A stretch of DNA of 38,413 nt from Armatimonadota bacterium (lineage in GTDB: Bacteria > Armatimonadota > Zipacnadia > Zipacnadales > UBA5352): positions 1-38,413 of the forward strand of contig JAYENL010000120.1 in the NCBI GenBank assembly GCA_034722055.1, given 5' to 3'. A program made the translations under genes and the position numbers. Below the pieces are notes generated by a model that was not told where the DNA came from, ran no database searches, and saw only the letters and a list, made by a program, of their open reading frames with translations. Positions within the stretch are counted from its first letter, which is position 1, and the number at the start of each line of letters is the position of its first letter. This document shows positions 1 to 9,134 of the stretch, one piece after another.

Positions 1-83
1 AAGTAGAGGTCGCCCGCGGCGTCGAAGCACGGGCCCTCCGGGAAGTCGAAGCCGTTGGCAACGAGCTCGATGCTGTGATCCAT
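1..83 (-). CDS. 5' part of an SMP-30/gluconolactonase/LRE-family protein (runs off the window)
   Basis: Manual translation from ATG at 83 gives MDHSIELVANGFDFPEGPCFDAAGDLY..., with the typical FPEGP..D..G.LY N-terminal motif. An AGGAGAAGGAG RBS lies upstream. Confidence 0.75.
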   Translation of the reverse strand, partial: MDHSIELVANGFDFPEGPCFDAAGDLY

Positions 84-114
84 GATGCTCTCCTTCTCCT
101 AGTCTGCGCGGGCC

Positions 115-2673
115 CTACATGTCGAATGTGACCGTCTGCACGCCTGGAGGCACGTTCAGCTCCCGCGTCTTGATGTTCAGGGTGGCCCCCTGCTCCGACT
201 CGATGACCATGCTCAGGCGGTCCTCGGACCATGACAGGTTCGTCACGACTGCCTCGCCAGCGCTTGGCGTGAGAGTGACGGGCAGGCGCTCGAGGATGAC
301 CATTCGCCCCTCGCCAATCTCGACCTCCACGCGGGCCTCCTCCCCCACGCGCGTGGGGAAGTCGAGGTCGGTGAGCATGCCCTCGGCGTCGAAGTGCATC
401 ACGCGTGCCAGCGCCCGCTCCCCGTGCCAGCCGTAGCTGCCGGAGTGTGTGACGATGATGCGCTCCTCGCCGAGCATGTAGCCGGGGTGGATCTCGATGG
501 GCGTGAAGGGGAACAGGTGGGGTTGCACCTGGTGGTCGTAGAGGCTCCAGTGCGTGGCGACAGGCAGGCTGGCGAGGTTGATGGCGCGCACGAACTTGTC
601 GAAGGAGAGGTAGCTGCTGAGATACCCCAGCGGCGTGTCCAGGTTGCCCTCGTAGCACCAGACGTCGTTGTGCTGGATCTCCACCATGCGCGGCACCTGC
701 ATCGCCAGCAGCGCACGGACGGCGGTGGGCCCGTTGCCCATCACCATGCCGCCCAGCTCCCGGGCGCGCTCGACGACCGCGATGCGGTGCTCGCGGCCCA
801 GCAGCGTCGTCACGCCCACGCGGTGGTCGATCTCGTGCGTCTCCGGGTCGAGCACGCAGGAGTAGCCATCGTGCGTGTTGTGCGTGACCAGCGGCGAGCC
901 GAAGGCCACGTTCTCCATCTCGTCCCAGTAGAGACCATCCACGTTCATCTGCTCGAAGTACTCATCCACCGCGTCTACCATGGCCGTGCCGAAGGAGTTC
1001 TCGAGCGTGGCCACCATGTTCCAGGTCAGCGAGTAGCGGCCGCCCCACTCCGTCGAGAGCTGCTGGCCCCCCGCGTTCACCAGCCGGCTGTCCGGGTAGC
1101 GCCGGTCGGCATCGGGGTAGCTGTCGCGCTGGGTATCGTAGTAGACCAGGCAGGTGACGCCCGGCCTGGCCTGGTGGAGCTTGTCGATGGCCAGCCGCAG
1201 CCGGCGCCGGAAGTCAGCCCAGTCCTCATCGAGCACGTAGGTCCCGAAGCCGATGGTCTTCTGCTGCTTGGTGTCCTTGAGGCGGTCCACCCAGCCGCCG
1301 CAGTAGATGAGGTAGTCCAGCTTCTGGCGGTCGAGCTGCTCGCGCAGCTCCTCCAGCGGCGTCTCGATGACGCTGTCGGGGCTGAAGAAGCCCCACGGCC
1401 CGGGGCAGGCGTAGTCCGAGCCCCAGTCATCGCGCACCGCGTTGATGAAGTCGAAGTAGTCCTCCGAGGCCACCGGGTAGACCGACCACCGCAGCGTGTA
1501 CTCCCCGCCCTCAGGCAGCCACAGCATCTCAGTGCGCATCGCCGCCGCGTTCTCGTCTGCGTCATACAGCAGCGTGGCCTGGTTGCGGTAGACGTCGTCC
1601 TCGCAGACCATGCCCAGCCCGTGGCCCTCGCCGGCGACGTAGACGGTCGGGTTGGCGGGGGCGTAGTAGCTCTCGCGCGACGGATCCGGGCTGCCGGCGA
1701 GGTGGATACGCCGGTCGCTGTCGAGCAGCACGCGGTTGTCCACGATCAGGCCCAGCTCTGCCTCGCGCAGGTTCACCCAGGTGTCGGCCACCTCGATCCT
1801 GCCATCGGCGAGGCTGACCGACCGGCGCAGCTCGTAGTCCGGTCCGCGGCCGACGATGAGCGGGTCCTGCCCGGCGCGCAGTGACGTGTGCCACTGCGGC
1901 TGGCCCTCGGCAGTCGCCTCCGGTCTCGCCTCCAGGCGGTTGAAGCCGCCTCCCGGGTAGCTCACCAGCGTCTCGACGGGATAGCCCGTCCCGCCCACGG
2001 TGATCTCAAAGCCACCCGTGTTGAAGGCGTCGAACTCGTACTCCGCAGGCCCGGCCAGCGGCTCGCCGCGGTTGATGGGCTGGCTCATGACATCCGCTGC
2101 CCGCAGCATGGGACTCTCGCCCTGCTCCGTCCGCAGGCGCATCATCCCGATGATCAGCGGAATGTCGCCCTCAACGCGCGCAGCCAGGGCCGGCGTGCCG
2201 ATGTGCCGCGCGGTCACCGTGTTCTCTGCCTCGGCGCTCAGCAGGTCGGTGATGTCCAGGACGAAGCGGTAGGCCTCACCCTGATAGCGCGGCTGATCGT
2301 TGCAGACCTCGAAGTCGGGGGCGTAGACGATCCGCCACTGCCCGCTCCGTGCCCACCGCAGCGTCAGCTCCGGGCTGTGCTGGAAGCTCAGCGGCTTGTT
2401 GCGCAGTCGGCTGAGGCGCCGCGTCTTCGCCGCCGTAACCCGCTCACCGTTGACCAGCAGCCCCAGCATGAAGGTAGAGCCGGAGGGCGTAGGCGCATCA
2501 GTGCGGGCGGTCAGCTCCAGCAGCGCCGTCCGGCCCTCCGTCGGCACCGGGCCGACCGTCCACTCGCGCTGGGATTGCAGCTCGACGGGCCGCGGCTCGG
2601 TCACGATCTCGACGTCCTGGGCAGCGGCGGCACCGGCCACGCAGACTATCGCCGCGCACACACGCACTATCAT
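115..2673 (-). CDS. Large secreted protein, putative glycoside-hydrolase-like (TIM-barrel) enzyme
   Basis: 852 aa with a signal peptide (MIVRVCAAIVCVAGAAAAQ), host-like codon usage and a DGLYWDE motif typical of GH-like barrels. Exact family not recognised. Confidence 0.6.
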   Translation of the reverse strand: MIVRVCAAIVCVAGAAAAQDVEIVTEPRPVELQSQREWTVGPVPTEGRTALLELTARTDAPTPSGSTFMLGLLVNGERVTAAKTRRLSRLRNKPLSFQHSPELTLRWARSGQWRIVYAPDFEVCNDQPRYQGEAYRFVLDITDLLSAEAENTVTARHIGTPALAARVEGDIPLIIGMMRLRTEQGESPMLRAADVMSQPINRGEPLAGPAEYEFDAFNTGGFEITVGGTGYPVETLVSYPGGGFNRLEARPEATAEGQPQWHTSLRAGQDPLIVGRGPDYELRRSVSLADGRIEVADTWVNLREAELGLIVDNRVLLDSDRRIHLAGSPDPSRESYYAPANPTVYVAGEGHGLGMVCEDDVYRNQATLLYDADENAAAMRTEMLWLPEGGEYTLRWSVYPVASEDYFDFINAVRDDWGSDYACPGPWGFFSPDSVIETPLEELREQLDRQKLDYLIYCGGWVDRLKDTKQQKTIGFGTYVLDEDWADFRRRLRLAIDKLHQARPGVTCLVYYDTQRDSYPDADRRYPDSRLVNAGGQQLSTEWGGRYSLTWNMVATLENSFGTAMVDAVDEYFEQMNVDGLYWDEMENVAFGSPLVTHNTHDGYSCVLDPETHEIDHRVGVTTLLGREHRIAVVERARELGGMVMGNGPTAVRALLAMQVPRMVEIQHNDVWCYEGNLDTPLGYLSSYLSFDKFVRAINLASLPVATHWSLYDHQVQPHLFPFTPIEIHPGYMLGEERIIVTHSGSYGWHGERALARVMHFDAEGMLTDLDFPTRVGEEARVEVEIGEGRMVILERLPVTLTPSAGEAVVTNLSWSEDRLSMVIESEQGATLNIKTRELNVPPGVQTVTFDM

Positions 2674-2749
2674 CGCTCATGCTCCCGGTGGGAGGCGTCA
2701 TGGCTGGCAGGCAGAGGTCACTTCGGCGTCGGGGCGGCACGCTCCTGCG

Positions 2750-4204
2750 TCAGGGCACCACGGGCTCGAAGGCCCCGCAGCTTGGGGGATCGGGCCTTGG
2801 CCGGCCGAGGAAGTCGTGCGTCACCGCGGGCCGAACATCGGTGGCGCTGAGGGTCTCGGCTGTGCCGGCGCCCGCCGCCGGCGACTCCAGCAGGATGCGG
2901 TAGTCGCCGGCCTCCGCATCGACGAAGCGGGGATCGCGCTGTGCCAGCGTGCTGTGGAGGTCGAAGCCGGCCTCGCGCCATCGCTCCCAGGTGTCGATCT
3001 GGGGGGTATTGCCGGTGCGCGGGGTCAGCCAGTGGCCGGGCGGCGGCATCAGGTAGAGGAAGAAGTCGGGGCGGAGCACGTGGACGTCCTGATGGGGCGT
3101 CTCGCCCATGGACTCGTAGATGTCCGACTGCGCCGCGGCCGAGTGCAGCAGGCAGTTGCGGAAGTACTTCGGCCCCTCGCGGTAGTGCATGACGTGGAAG
3201 TAGCCCTTGTTGCGGTTGAAGACGTAGGTCTCGTGCACCCGCCAGTTCTCCCAGCCGGTGTGGTAGTCGGTGAGGCTGCTATCGACGTAGACGTTATTGC
3301 ACCACAGCAGCGCGCAGGAGGCGCTGCCCTCAGCGCCGTTGGTCTTGACGCGGTGGCAGTCCCTGAAGACGCAGCGCTCGATGCGGTGCAGGTGGTCCTG
3401 ATATGCGGCGTCATTGCGGCGGTGCGAGTCGTCGAGCGCCGAGTCCGCCTCCCAGCTTTCGAACCAGCAGTTGAAGACGATGCCGTCCGCGGGCGCGTGG
3501 AAGAGGATGCCATCGTGATTGTGGACGGGGTCGGTCAGCCCGTAGTCGTGCACGTAGCAGTTCTGGATGACGCCGAAGCGCAGCTCCCTGGGGTCCTGTG
3601 CCCACAGCATGCCCGGCCGCCGCTCCTCCTCATCCCATCCGGCGCCGTTGTTGATGAAGATGCCCGGCCCGCAGCGGTAGCCGGCGGCGTCGCCGCCGAA
3701 GTCGATGCCGGCGATCTCGACCCCGTCGATGAAGTACTCCTCGCAGCCCTCGATCCGAATGAAGGCCCGGCCGCAGGTGCCCGCCAGGTAGCAGTCCCTG
3801 ATCTCAACGCGGCCGCAGGACTCGAAGAAGAAGGTCGAGGATGCCCGCCAGTCGGGATGATTCTGGATGATCGCCATGTCCTCGATCCGCACGGTCTCGC
3901 AGTTGCGGAACAGGTAGAGCGTGTGCCGGTACTTGTCGCACTCCGGCTTCTGCCACGTGACGCGCAATCGCTCGCCGGAGACGGTGACCTCCTGCTTATC
4001 CACGAAGCTGCGCCGGGCCTGCCCACCGGCGACGTCCTGGAAGTCATAGCTCGCGGGGTCGTGTGCGCCCAGCTCCCGGCCGGTGGGCAAGGCGGCCCAG
4101 TCGGACTCGTAGGCCTGTGAGTAGCGGCCGTGCTCGGGGATCAGACCATCGGCGCAGGCCGCGGTGCAGAGGGCCACCAGCACCAGCGCACACGCACACC
4201 TCAT
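2750..4204 (-). CDS. Secreted right-handed beta-helix protein with a choice-of-anchor-Q-like C-terminus
   Basis: Signal peptide; parallel beta-helix-type repeats (IRDC, IQNCYVHD, IVFNCWF, IERCVF); C-terminal DPRFVD..GDYR....SPA..AG...DFLGRPR...SCGAFE. GAGGAGG RBS. Confidence 0.7.
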   Translation of the reverse strand: MRCACALVLVALCTAACADGLIPEHGRYSQAYESDWAALPTGRELGAHDPASYDFQDVAGGQARRSFVDKQEVTVSGERLRVTWQKPECDKYRHTLYLFRNCETVRIEDMAIIQNHPDWRASSTFFFESCGRVEIRDCYLAGTCGRAFIRIEGCEEYFIDGVEIAGIDFGGDAAGYRCGPGIFINNGAGWDEEERRPGMLWAQDPRELRFGVIQNCYVHDYGLTDPVHNHDGILFHAPADGIVFNCWFESWEADSALDDSHRRNDAAYQDHLHRIERCVFRDCHRVKTNGAEGSASCALLWCNNVYVDSSLTDYHTGWENWRVHETYVFNRNKGYFHVMHYREGPKYFRNCLLHSAAAQSDIYESMGETPHQDVHVLRPDFFLYLMPPPGHWLTPRTGNTPQIDTWERWREAGFDLHSTLAQRDPRFVDAEAGDYRILLESPAAGAGTAETLSATDVRPAVTHDFLGRPRPDPPSCGAFEPVVP

Positions 4205-4229
4205 GGGCGGAGACCTCCTCGGTGGCGCG

Positions 4230-4303
4230 GCTACAGCGGGGCGATGAGGACCGTGGCCTGGGCAGCGATCCCCTCCCCGCGCCCCTCGAAGCCCAAACGC
4301 TCG
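4230..4303. repeat. Direct repeat copy 1: displaced duplicate of the ispDF 3' end (att-like)
   Basis: 68/74 nt identical to 6851-6924. Encodes the same peptide [23 protein letters not shown] on the - strand. Confidence 0.92.
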
Positions 4304-4380
4304 ACTTGAGCCGAGCAGCTATCGCTCAGGACAGGAGCTGCATCTTGTGCACGCGGGAAGCGCCGCGCGGCCGCGCCCAG

Positions 4381-5181
4381 TCAAGCACCACTCTGAGGGC
4401 CGGGACGGGCGTCAATGGGAGCGGGCCGTCCCAGCGCGGAGAGTATCGAGCGGAAATCATCGACGTTCGTGGTGCAGACACGCGCGCCGCTTGGACACTG
4501 GAGTGTAATGATCGCATCGGCGAGAACTCCGAAGCAATTCCTACCGCGCGCAGCATCTGGGTTTTCGATCACTTCACGGGCCACCTGTCGGAAACACCGG
4601 TGGACTGTCTTGTCGAGCTCGGCTGGTCCATCTGCCAGACGAGCCAGTTCCTCACTTCGAGCGGTGAGGAACTCGGTGATGCGGCACTGAGGTGGATCCG
4701 ACCGCCGACATCTCCTCGACGCCTTGTAGGTACGCCCGTCCCACCTGTCAACATCCTCGGTCCGCGTGCATTCGATACACTCGGGAAGGCTTTCTACACC
4801 CTCAAGCAGATCGCTCATGAGCCGATCATCGATCCACATCTCCAAGTACCAGAGGAACCCGGCATCGTCTTCATCCGGCGGGCGGTTTCGCCAGAAACGC
4901 GCGACCAACTGCATGGCTCGCTGCTGTTCTCTCAGGTTCGGGTAATGTGACGCGCGGGCCAAAGCTTCACCAACATCTCCATCACTGTCCACAATCAGCT
5001 TGTGCATGCGCGCGAAAACGAAAAGGAACGTCGCTCTCAACTCATGGACGACGTACTCGCATACGACGGGACGGCCGGAGGCCAAGGCCTGCTCTGCCGC
5101 CTTTCTTCCGCGACTGTCGTCGAAGCGACGAGCGGCGAGGACGCTGGTATCGGCGTGGAGTTGGCACGAAGGACCGACCAC
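4381..5181 (-). CDS. PIN-domain-like putative ribonuclease with a Cys-rich insertion
   Basis: PIN motifs appear in order: ADTSV (first Asp), YVVHEL (Glu), LADAII (Asp), TTNVDDF. The insert carries CIEC, C-x6-C and further Cys. GTG start. Confidence 0.65.
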   Translation of the reverse strand: MVGPSCQLHADTSVLAARRFDDSRGRKAAEQALASGRPVVCEYVVHELRATFLFVFARMHKLIVDSDGDVGEALARASHYPNLREQQRAMQLVARFWRNRPPDEDDAGFLWYLEMWIDDRLMSDLLEGVESLPECIECTRTEDVDRWDGRTYKASRRCRRSDPPQCRITEFLTARSEELARLADGPAELDKTVHRCFRQVAREVIENPDAARGRNCFGVLADAIITLQCPSGARVCTTNVDDFRSILSALGRPAPIDARPGPQSGA

Positions 5182-5196
5182 GTGGATCGCCCCCCG

Positions 5197-5826
5197 TCAC
5201 GACTCGACTTCGGGTACATAGTCCAGATCGTGAGACCGCAGGACATCTGCGAGCTCATCCAAGTCTACCGGCCTGCCCTCAAGCAGTTCGGCGCAATCGG
5301 CAGTCGCCTGCAGTTGGGATTCGCTCATGTCTTCAGCATGCTCCAGCCCCACTGCCCACTTGATCATTGTGGCGGCGTGCTGAAGGTCCCGTGCTCCTCT
5401 GGCGTGTGCAACGTCCACCAGTTCGCTAAGAGCCCGCTTAAGCTCCATCACAGCGTCCAGGCGGTCGTCAAGATTGTGTGCACTGCTGGCGGCGTTGGCC
5501 GCCACGATCGTGCGTGTTACGACCTCTCCTATCGAGCCCGCGTCATCGTCTGGCTCCCAGCTCTCGAATGTTGTCGACGCGAAATCCGCCAGGGCGTTGC
5601 GGAACGCAACATCCCTTCTTGCCGCATCATACAAGATGCGCCGGACCTCGTCCTCCGCATCGGGGTGCGCAAAAAGCCACCGGATGACGCCAGCAGCTCC
5701 GGATCTGGTGCCTTCCTGGCCCATGAGCAGCTGGAGTACTAGCTGGGAGCGGTCTGCCAGTTCCACAGCGTCATCGGCATGGGGCACACGCCCCAACATC
5801 TCCCCTAATCCTCGTGGCGTCCGCAT
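5197..5826 (-). CDS. Hypothetical acidic, all-helical protein
   Basis: 209 aa ORF with a GGAGGAG RBS overlapping the end of the upstream gene. Gaps to its neighbours are 6 nt and 15 nt. Confidence 0.7.
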   Translation of the reverse strand: MRTPRGLGEMLGRVPHADDAVELADRSQLVLQLLMGQEGTRSGAAGVIRWLFAHPDAEDEVRRILYDAARRDVAFRNALADFASTTFESWEPDDDAGSIGEVVTRTIVAANAASSAHNLDDRLDAVMELKRALSELVDVAHARGARDLQHAATMIKWAVGLEHAEDMSESQLQATADCAELLEGRPVDLDELADVLRSHDLDYVPEVES

Positions 5827-5832
5827 GAGCGT

Positions 5833-6495
5833 CTACTCCTCCCCTTCTGCACGTCGAAGCTCTTCTCGGATGAGGCGGAGGCGGCGAAGCATGTGGTCGA
5901 GATCAGTCAAGGTGCAGGTGACGGCCAGGTCATCGGGAGCTCGTCTGCTGATAAGATCAGCGATCCAGTTGCCGGAAATGGGCCGGGCGGCCACTTCAGC
6001 ACAGAACCTTACGACTGCGGCCGCGGTGGTCGGCGCAGTATCTCCCGATCTCCCAGGCTTCACGAGTTGCCAGTCAAGATACCAGAATGGTGGGATTACA
6101 GCGCTTCTCCTCGCACGGTGCTCCGCGGCTATGCGATTCACGGGGAAGCGCCTTCCGACCTCACCTGCCCTTGCGATCACCGTGTTCTGCTCCTCCTCTT
6201 CGAGATCCTCGAAGCCGGGCGCCTCGAGAAGAGCCGCCTGGGACATGCCCAGAACTTGAGACGTGAGCAGGACGTCCAGCTCGCCATCCACAATCTCCCG
6301 GTAACGCTCAAGGGTGAGATCCGTGCGGTCAAGAGCTTCCCTCGCGCGATCGTTCTCGACGGTAATCTCGACACCAGAAACGACCGTCGGCCTCACTTCG
6401 AAGTGCCCTGCCTCGTGCAGGCGCAGCGAGACGTCGAGCGCGCAGGCGAACTCCTCGTCCGTGGACAGATCGCTCTTGCCATCCTCCTTGGGCAT
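5833..6495 (-). CDS. Hypothetical protein with a C-terminal COMM-domain-like region
   Basis: 220 aa. C-terminus IPPFWYLDWQL...AAAVVRF...DDLAVTCTLTDLDHMLRRLRLIREEL matches the COMM pattern: P-x(5-6)-W, beta strands, terminal amphipathic helix. The ORF is well supported; the domain call is by eye. Confidence 0.6.
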   Translation of the reverse strand: MPKEDGKSDLSTDEEFACALDVSLRLHEAGHFEVRPTVVSGVEITVENDRAREALDRTDLTLERYREIVDGELDVLLTSQVLGMSQAALLEAPGFEDLEEEEQNTVIARAGEVGRRFPVNRIAAEHRARRSAVIPPFWYLDWQLVKPGRSGDTAPTTAAAVVRFCAEVAARPISGNWIADLISRRAPDDLAVTCTLTDLDHMLRRLRLIREELRRAEGEE

Positions 6496-6850
6496 AATCC
6501 AGCCGCCTTTCGCTCCGCGCCATCGTGCCCCATGCGCACTAATTCAGCTCCCGGCCAGTATGACCCCCGCCACCGATCTACAATCGCTTAGGACTATTCC
6601 GTAGTTCCTCTTACGACTTATGTGTTCGGGTGTGATCCCAAGAAGCCTTCTGCGTCCTGAGAAGGCTATTGGGCAACTCCGTTAGCAGCGACTTCAACCC
6701 GGCTACGATCTCTGACGTTTCTTGGCCTCTGCGGTTCGCGAATGGTTGCTTCGTACGGCGAGCGGTTCTGCGCCGTGATACTCTTCCTTGAACGTTGCAC
6801 GATTCCTTCCCCACACTGGCCCAGAATGCATGGAGGCACAGAAGGTCTCA

Positions 6851-6924
6851 GCTACAGCGGGGCGATGAGGACGGTGGCCTGGGCGGCGATGCCCTCCCCG
6901 CGGCCCTCGAAGCCCAGCCGCTCG
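6851..6924. repeat. Direct repeat copy 2: current 3' end of ispDF (att-like)
   Basis: 68/74 nt identical to 4230-4303. Confidence 0.92.
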
Positions 6925-8027
6925 GTCGTCGTGGCCTTGACGCTCACCGCGGACGCGTCGATGCCCAGCGCCGAGGCGATCTTGGCGCGCATGGCGTCGA
7001 TATGCGGCGCCAGCTTCGGGCGCTGGCAGATGACGGTGGCGTCCACGTTCGCCGGTCTGAAGCCCTGGTCGGCCAGCATCTTCACCACGCGCGCAGCAAG
7101 CTCTGCGCTGTCGGCGCCGGCGTATCGGGGGTCGCTGTCGGGGAAGTGAGTGCCGATGTCGCCCAGCGCCGCCGCCCCCAGCAGGGCGTCGCTGATGGCG
7201 TGGAAGAGCACGTCGGCGTCGGAGTGCCCCGCCAGCCCGCGTTCGTGCTCGACGCGCACGCCACCGAGGATCAGAGCACGGCCCTCCGCGAAGGCGTGGA
7301 CGTCGTAGCCGGTGCCCACCCGCATGGCGGATACCTCCCGGCCGGCGCGGCGGCGCAGCAGCCACTCGGCCCGCGCCAGGTCCTCGCGCGTGGTGATCTT
7401 GAGGTTATCGCGATGGCCCTCGCTGAGGTAGACGGGATGCCCCATGCGCTCCACGAGCTGAGCGTCGTCGGTGACGTCGAGCCCCTCGCGGGGAGCCCGC
7501 TCGTAGGCCTCCATCAGCAGGTCGTAGCGGAAGGTCTGAGGGGTCTGGGCGTGGTAGAGCTCACCGCGTGGTGGCGTGTCCTCGATGCGGCCGTCGGGCG
7601 CACAGCGCTTGATGGTATCGGTGGCCGGGACCGCCGCGATGGCCGCCCCGCGCCGCAGAGCCACGTCGATAGAGCGCTCGATGGTACCCCGGTCCACCAG
7701 CGGCCGGGCGCCGTCGTGCACGCAGACGATCTCCGGGGAGCGCTCGCGAAGCGCCTCCAGGCCGGCCCGGACGGATTCGGGGCGCTCCTGGCCGCCTGGA
7801 ACGATGCCCACGAGCCTGGGGTCGTCCTCCGCGATCTCCGCGGCACGGTCGAGGAGGTCCGGCGGGACGACCAGCACGATGGCGCTCACCCGCCCGCAGG
7901 CGGTGTACGCCTGCAGGGACCACTGGAGCATGGGTCTGCCGCCCAGGGGGACGAAGACCTTGGGGATGGGGCCGCCGAAGCGCGTGCCGCGCCCCGCGGC
8001 CGCAATGACGGCGGCTGCCTCCGGCAC
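6852..8027 (-). CDS. ispDF: Bifunctional IspD/IspF (MEP cytidylyltransferase / MEcPP synthase)
   Basis: IspD motifs [24 protein letters not shown] and NLKITT. IspF motifs GYDVH, GHSDADV, GDIGTHF and [18 protein letters not shown]. Confidence 0.95.
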   Translation of the reverse strand: MPEAAAVIAAAGRGTRFGGPIPKVFVPLGGRPMLQWSLQAYTACGRVSAIVLVVPPDLLDRAAEIAEDDPRLVGIVPGGQERPESVRAGLEALRERSPEIVCVHDGARPLVDRGTIERSIDVALRRGAAIAAVPATDTIKRCAPDGRIEDTPPRGELYHAQTPQTFRYDLLMEAYERAPREGLDVTDDAQLVERMGHPVYLSEGHRDNLKITTREDLARAEWLLRRRAGREVSAMRVGTGYDVHAFAEGRALILGGVRVEHERGLAGHSDADVLFHAISDALLGAAALGDIGTHFPDSDPRYAGADSAELAARVVKMLADQGFRPANVDATVICQRPKLAPHIDAMRAKIASALGIDASAVSVKATTTERLGFEGRGEGIAAQATVLIAPL

Positions 8028-8030
8028 GCC

Positions 8031-9134
8031 TCAGTCTCCCTCGTCCGAGTCCGCTTCCTCGTCCTTGGCCCGGCCCTTGACCTCGGCGAACAGCATCTTG
8101 CCGGCGTTGGTCTGCAATACGCTGGTGACCATGACGATGAGGGTCTCTCCCACCATCTTGGAGGCCTTCTCGACCACCACCATGGTGCCGTCGTCCAGGT
8201 AGCCGACCCCCTGACCGGGCTCCTTGCCCTCTTTGATGATGGTGACGGTGACCTCCTCGCCGGGCAGGAAGGTGGGCCGCATGGCCCCGGCCAGCTCGTT
8301 GACGTTAAGCACCCGCACGCCCTCCAGGGAGGCGATGCGGTTGACGGAGTAGTCGTTGGTGACCACCGCCGAGCCGGTGCGGGCGGCCAGGTTCACCAGC
8401 CGGGCGTCCACCTCCATGTGCTCCCGGGGCGGGTTGGGATCGTGGTAGATGATGACATCGGTGTCCTGGAGGGCCTTGAGGCGGTTGAGCACGTCCAGCC
8501 CCCGCCGGCCGCGCTCGCGCTTGAGGCCCTCCGCGGAGTCCGCGATGTGCCTCAGCTCCTGGAGGATGAAGTTCGGGATGCAGATGGGACCCTCGATGAA
8601 GCCTGTGGCGCAGATCTCATAGACGCGCCCATCAATGATAATGTTGGTGTCAAGCATCTTGGTGCCCGGGGGGAGGCTTGAGTCCACGCTCTTACCAAGC
8701 TGCGCCAGGCCCGGGAAGACGTAGACGAGCTGCTCCTTGGCGCTCATGGCGAAGATGACGCCGAGGATGGCGCCGATGATGCTGGCGAAGATCTGGATCG
8801 GCAGCCCGTACTGCAGCGATGAGAACGGCACGGTCGCCAACAGAGCCACGGCCAGCCCGACGGTGACGCCCACGGCCGCAGCCGCCTTGTCCAGCAGCGG
8901 CACCGCCTCCATGTGCTGCAGCCACCCGATGAGCTTGCGGAACAGGAACAGCGAGACCAGGAAGCCGATGAGACCGAAGATGGTATTGACGCCCACGAGG
9001 AAGTAGGTGTAGTCCGTGCCGGCGTCCTCCCCCAGCAACCGCGCGCCGGCGATGCCTCCGACCCAGTGCCCGATCAGCACGAATGCGAATGTGATCGCCG
9101 CAACGAACAGGAACCACAACCAGCGAATGAGCAT
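8031..9134 (-). CDS. Membrane-anchored PIN/TRAM domain protein (YacL family)
   Basis: Four TM segments; LDTNIIIDGR, ELRHIADS...RGRRGLD, VTNDY, GKEPGQGVGYLDDGTMVVVE, VTSVLQT.AGKMLF. Sits upstream of ispD as in the conserved clpC-yacL-ispD-ispF neighbourhood. Confidence 0.92.
   Translation of the reverse strand: MLIRWLWFLFVAAITFAFVLIGHWVGGIAGARLLGEDAGTDYTYFLVGVNTIFGLIGFLVSLFLFRKLIGWLQHMEAVPLLDKAAAAVGVTVGLAVALLATVPFSSLQYGLPIQIFASIIGAILGVIFAMSAKEQLVYVFPGLAQLGKSVDSSLPPGTKMLDTNIIIDGRVYEICATGFIEGPICIPNFILQELRHIADSAEGLKRERGRRGLDVLNRLKALQDTDVIIYHDPNPPREHMEVDARLVNLAARTGSAVVTNDYSVNRIASLEGVRVLNVNELAGAMRPTFLPGEEVTVTIIKEGKEPGQGVGYLDDGTMVVVEKASKMVGETLIVMVTSVLQTNAGKMLFAEVKGRAKDEEADSDEGD

Larger units (their letters stand above)
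4230..6924. mobile_element. Small genomic island inserted at the 3' end of ispDF; no integrase inside
   Basis: Bounded by 74-bp direct repeats of the ispF 3' end. The interior is visibly less GC-rich with atypical codon usage and holds a three-gene operon. Confidence 0.75.

Noticed and set aside
394..4120. Long + strand ORFs (394-1884, 1888-2850, 2396-4120)
   Set aside because: Antisense shadows of well-supported - strand genes; typical of high-GC DNA and without recognisable motifs.
4063..6591. + strand ORFs across the island (4063-4950, 5002-5742, 5474-6259, 5893-6591) as a possible integrase
   Set aside because: No tyrosine-recombinase R-H-R-Y or serine-recombinase motifs seen. They are antisense to the coupled - strand operon.
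6611..6814. 67-aa - strand ORF in the island leader
   Set aside because: No clear RBS or family features; cannot be supported as a gene.
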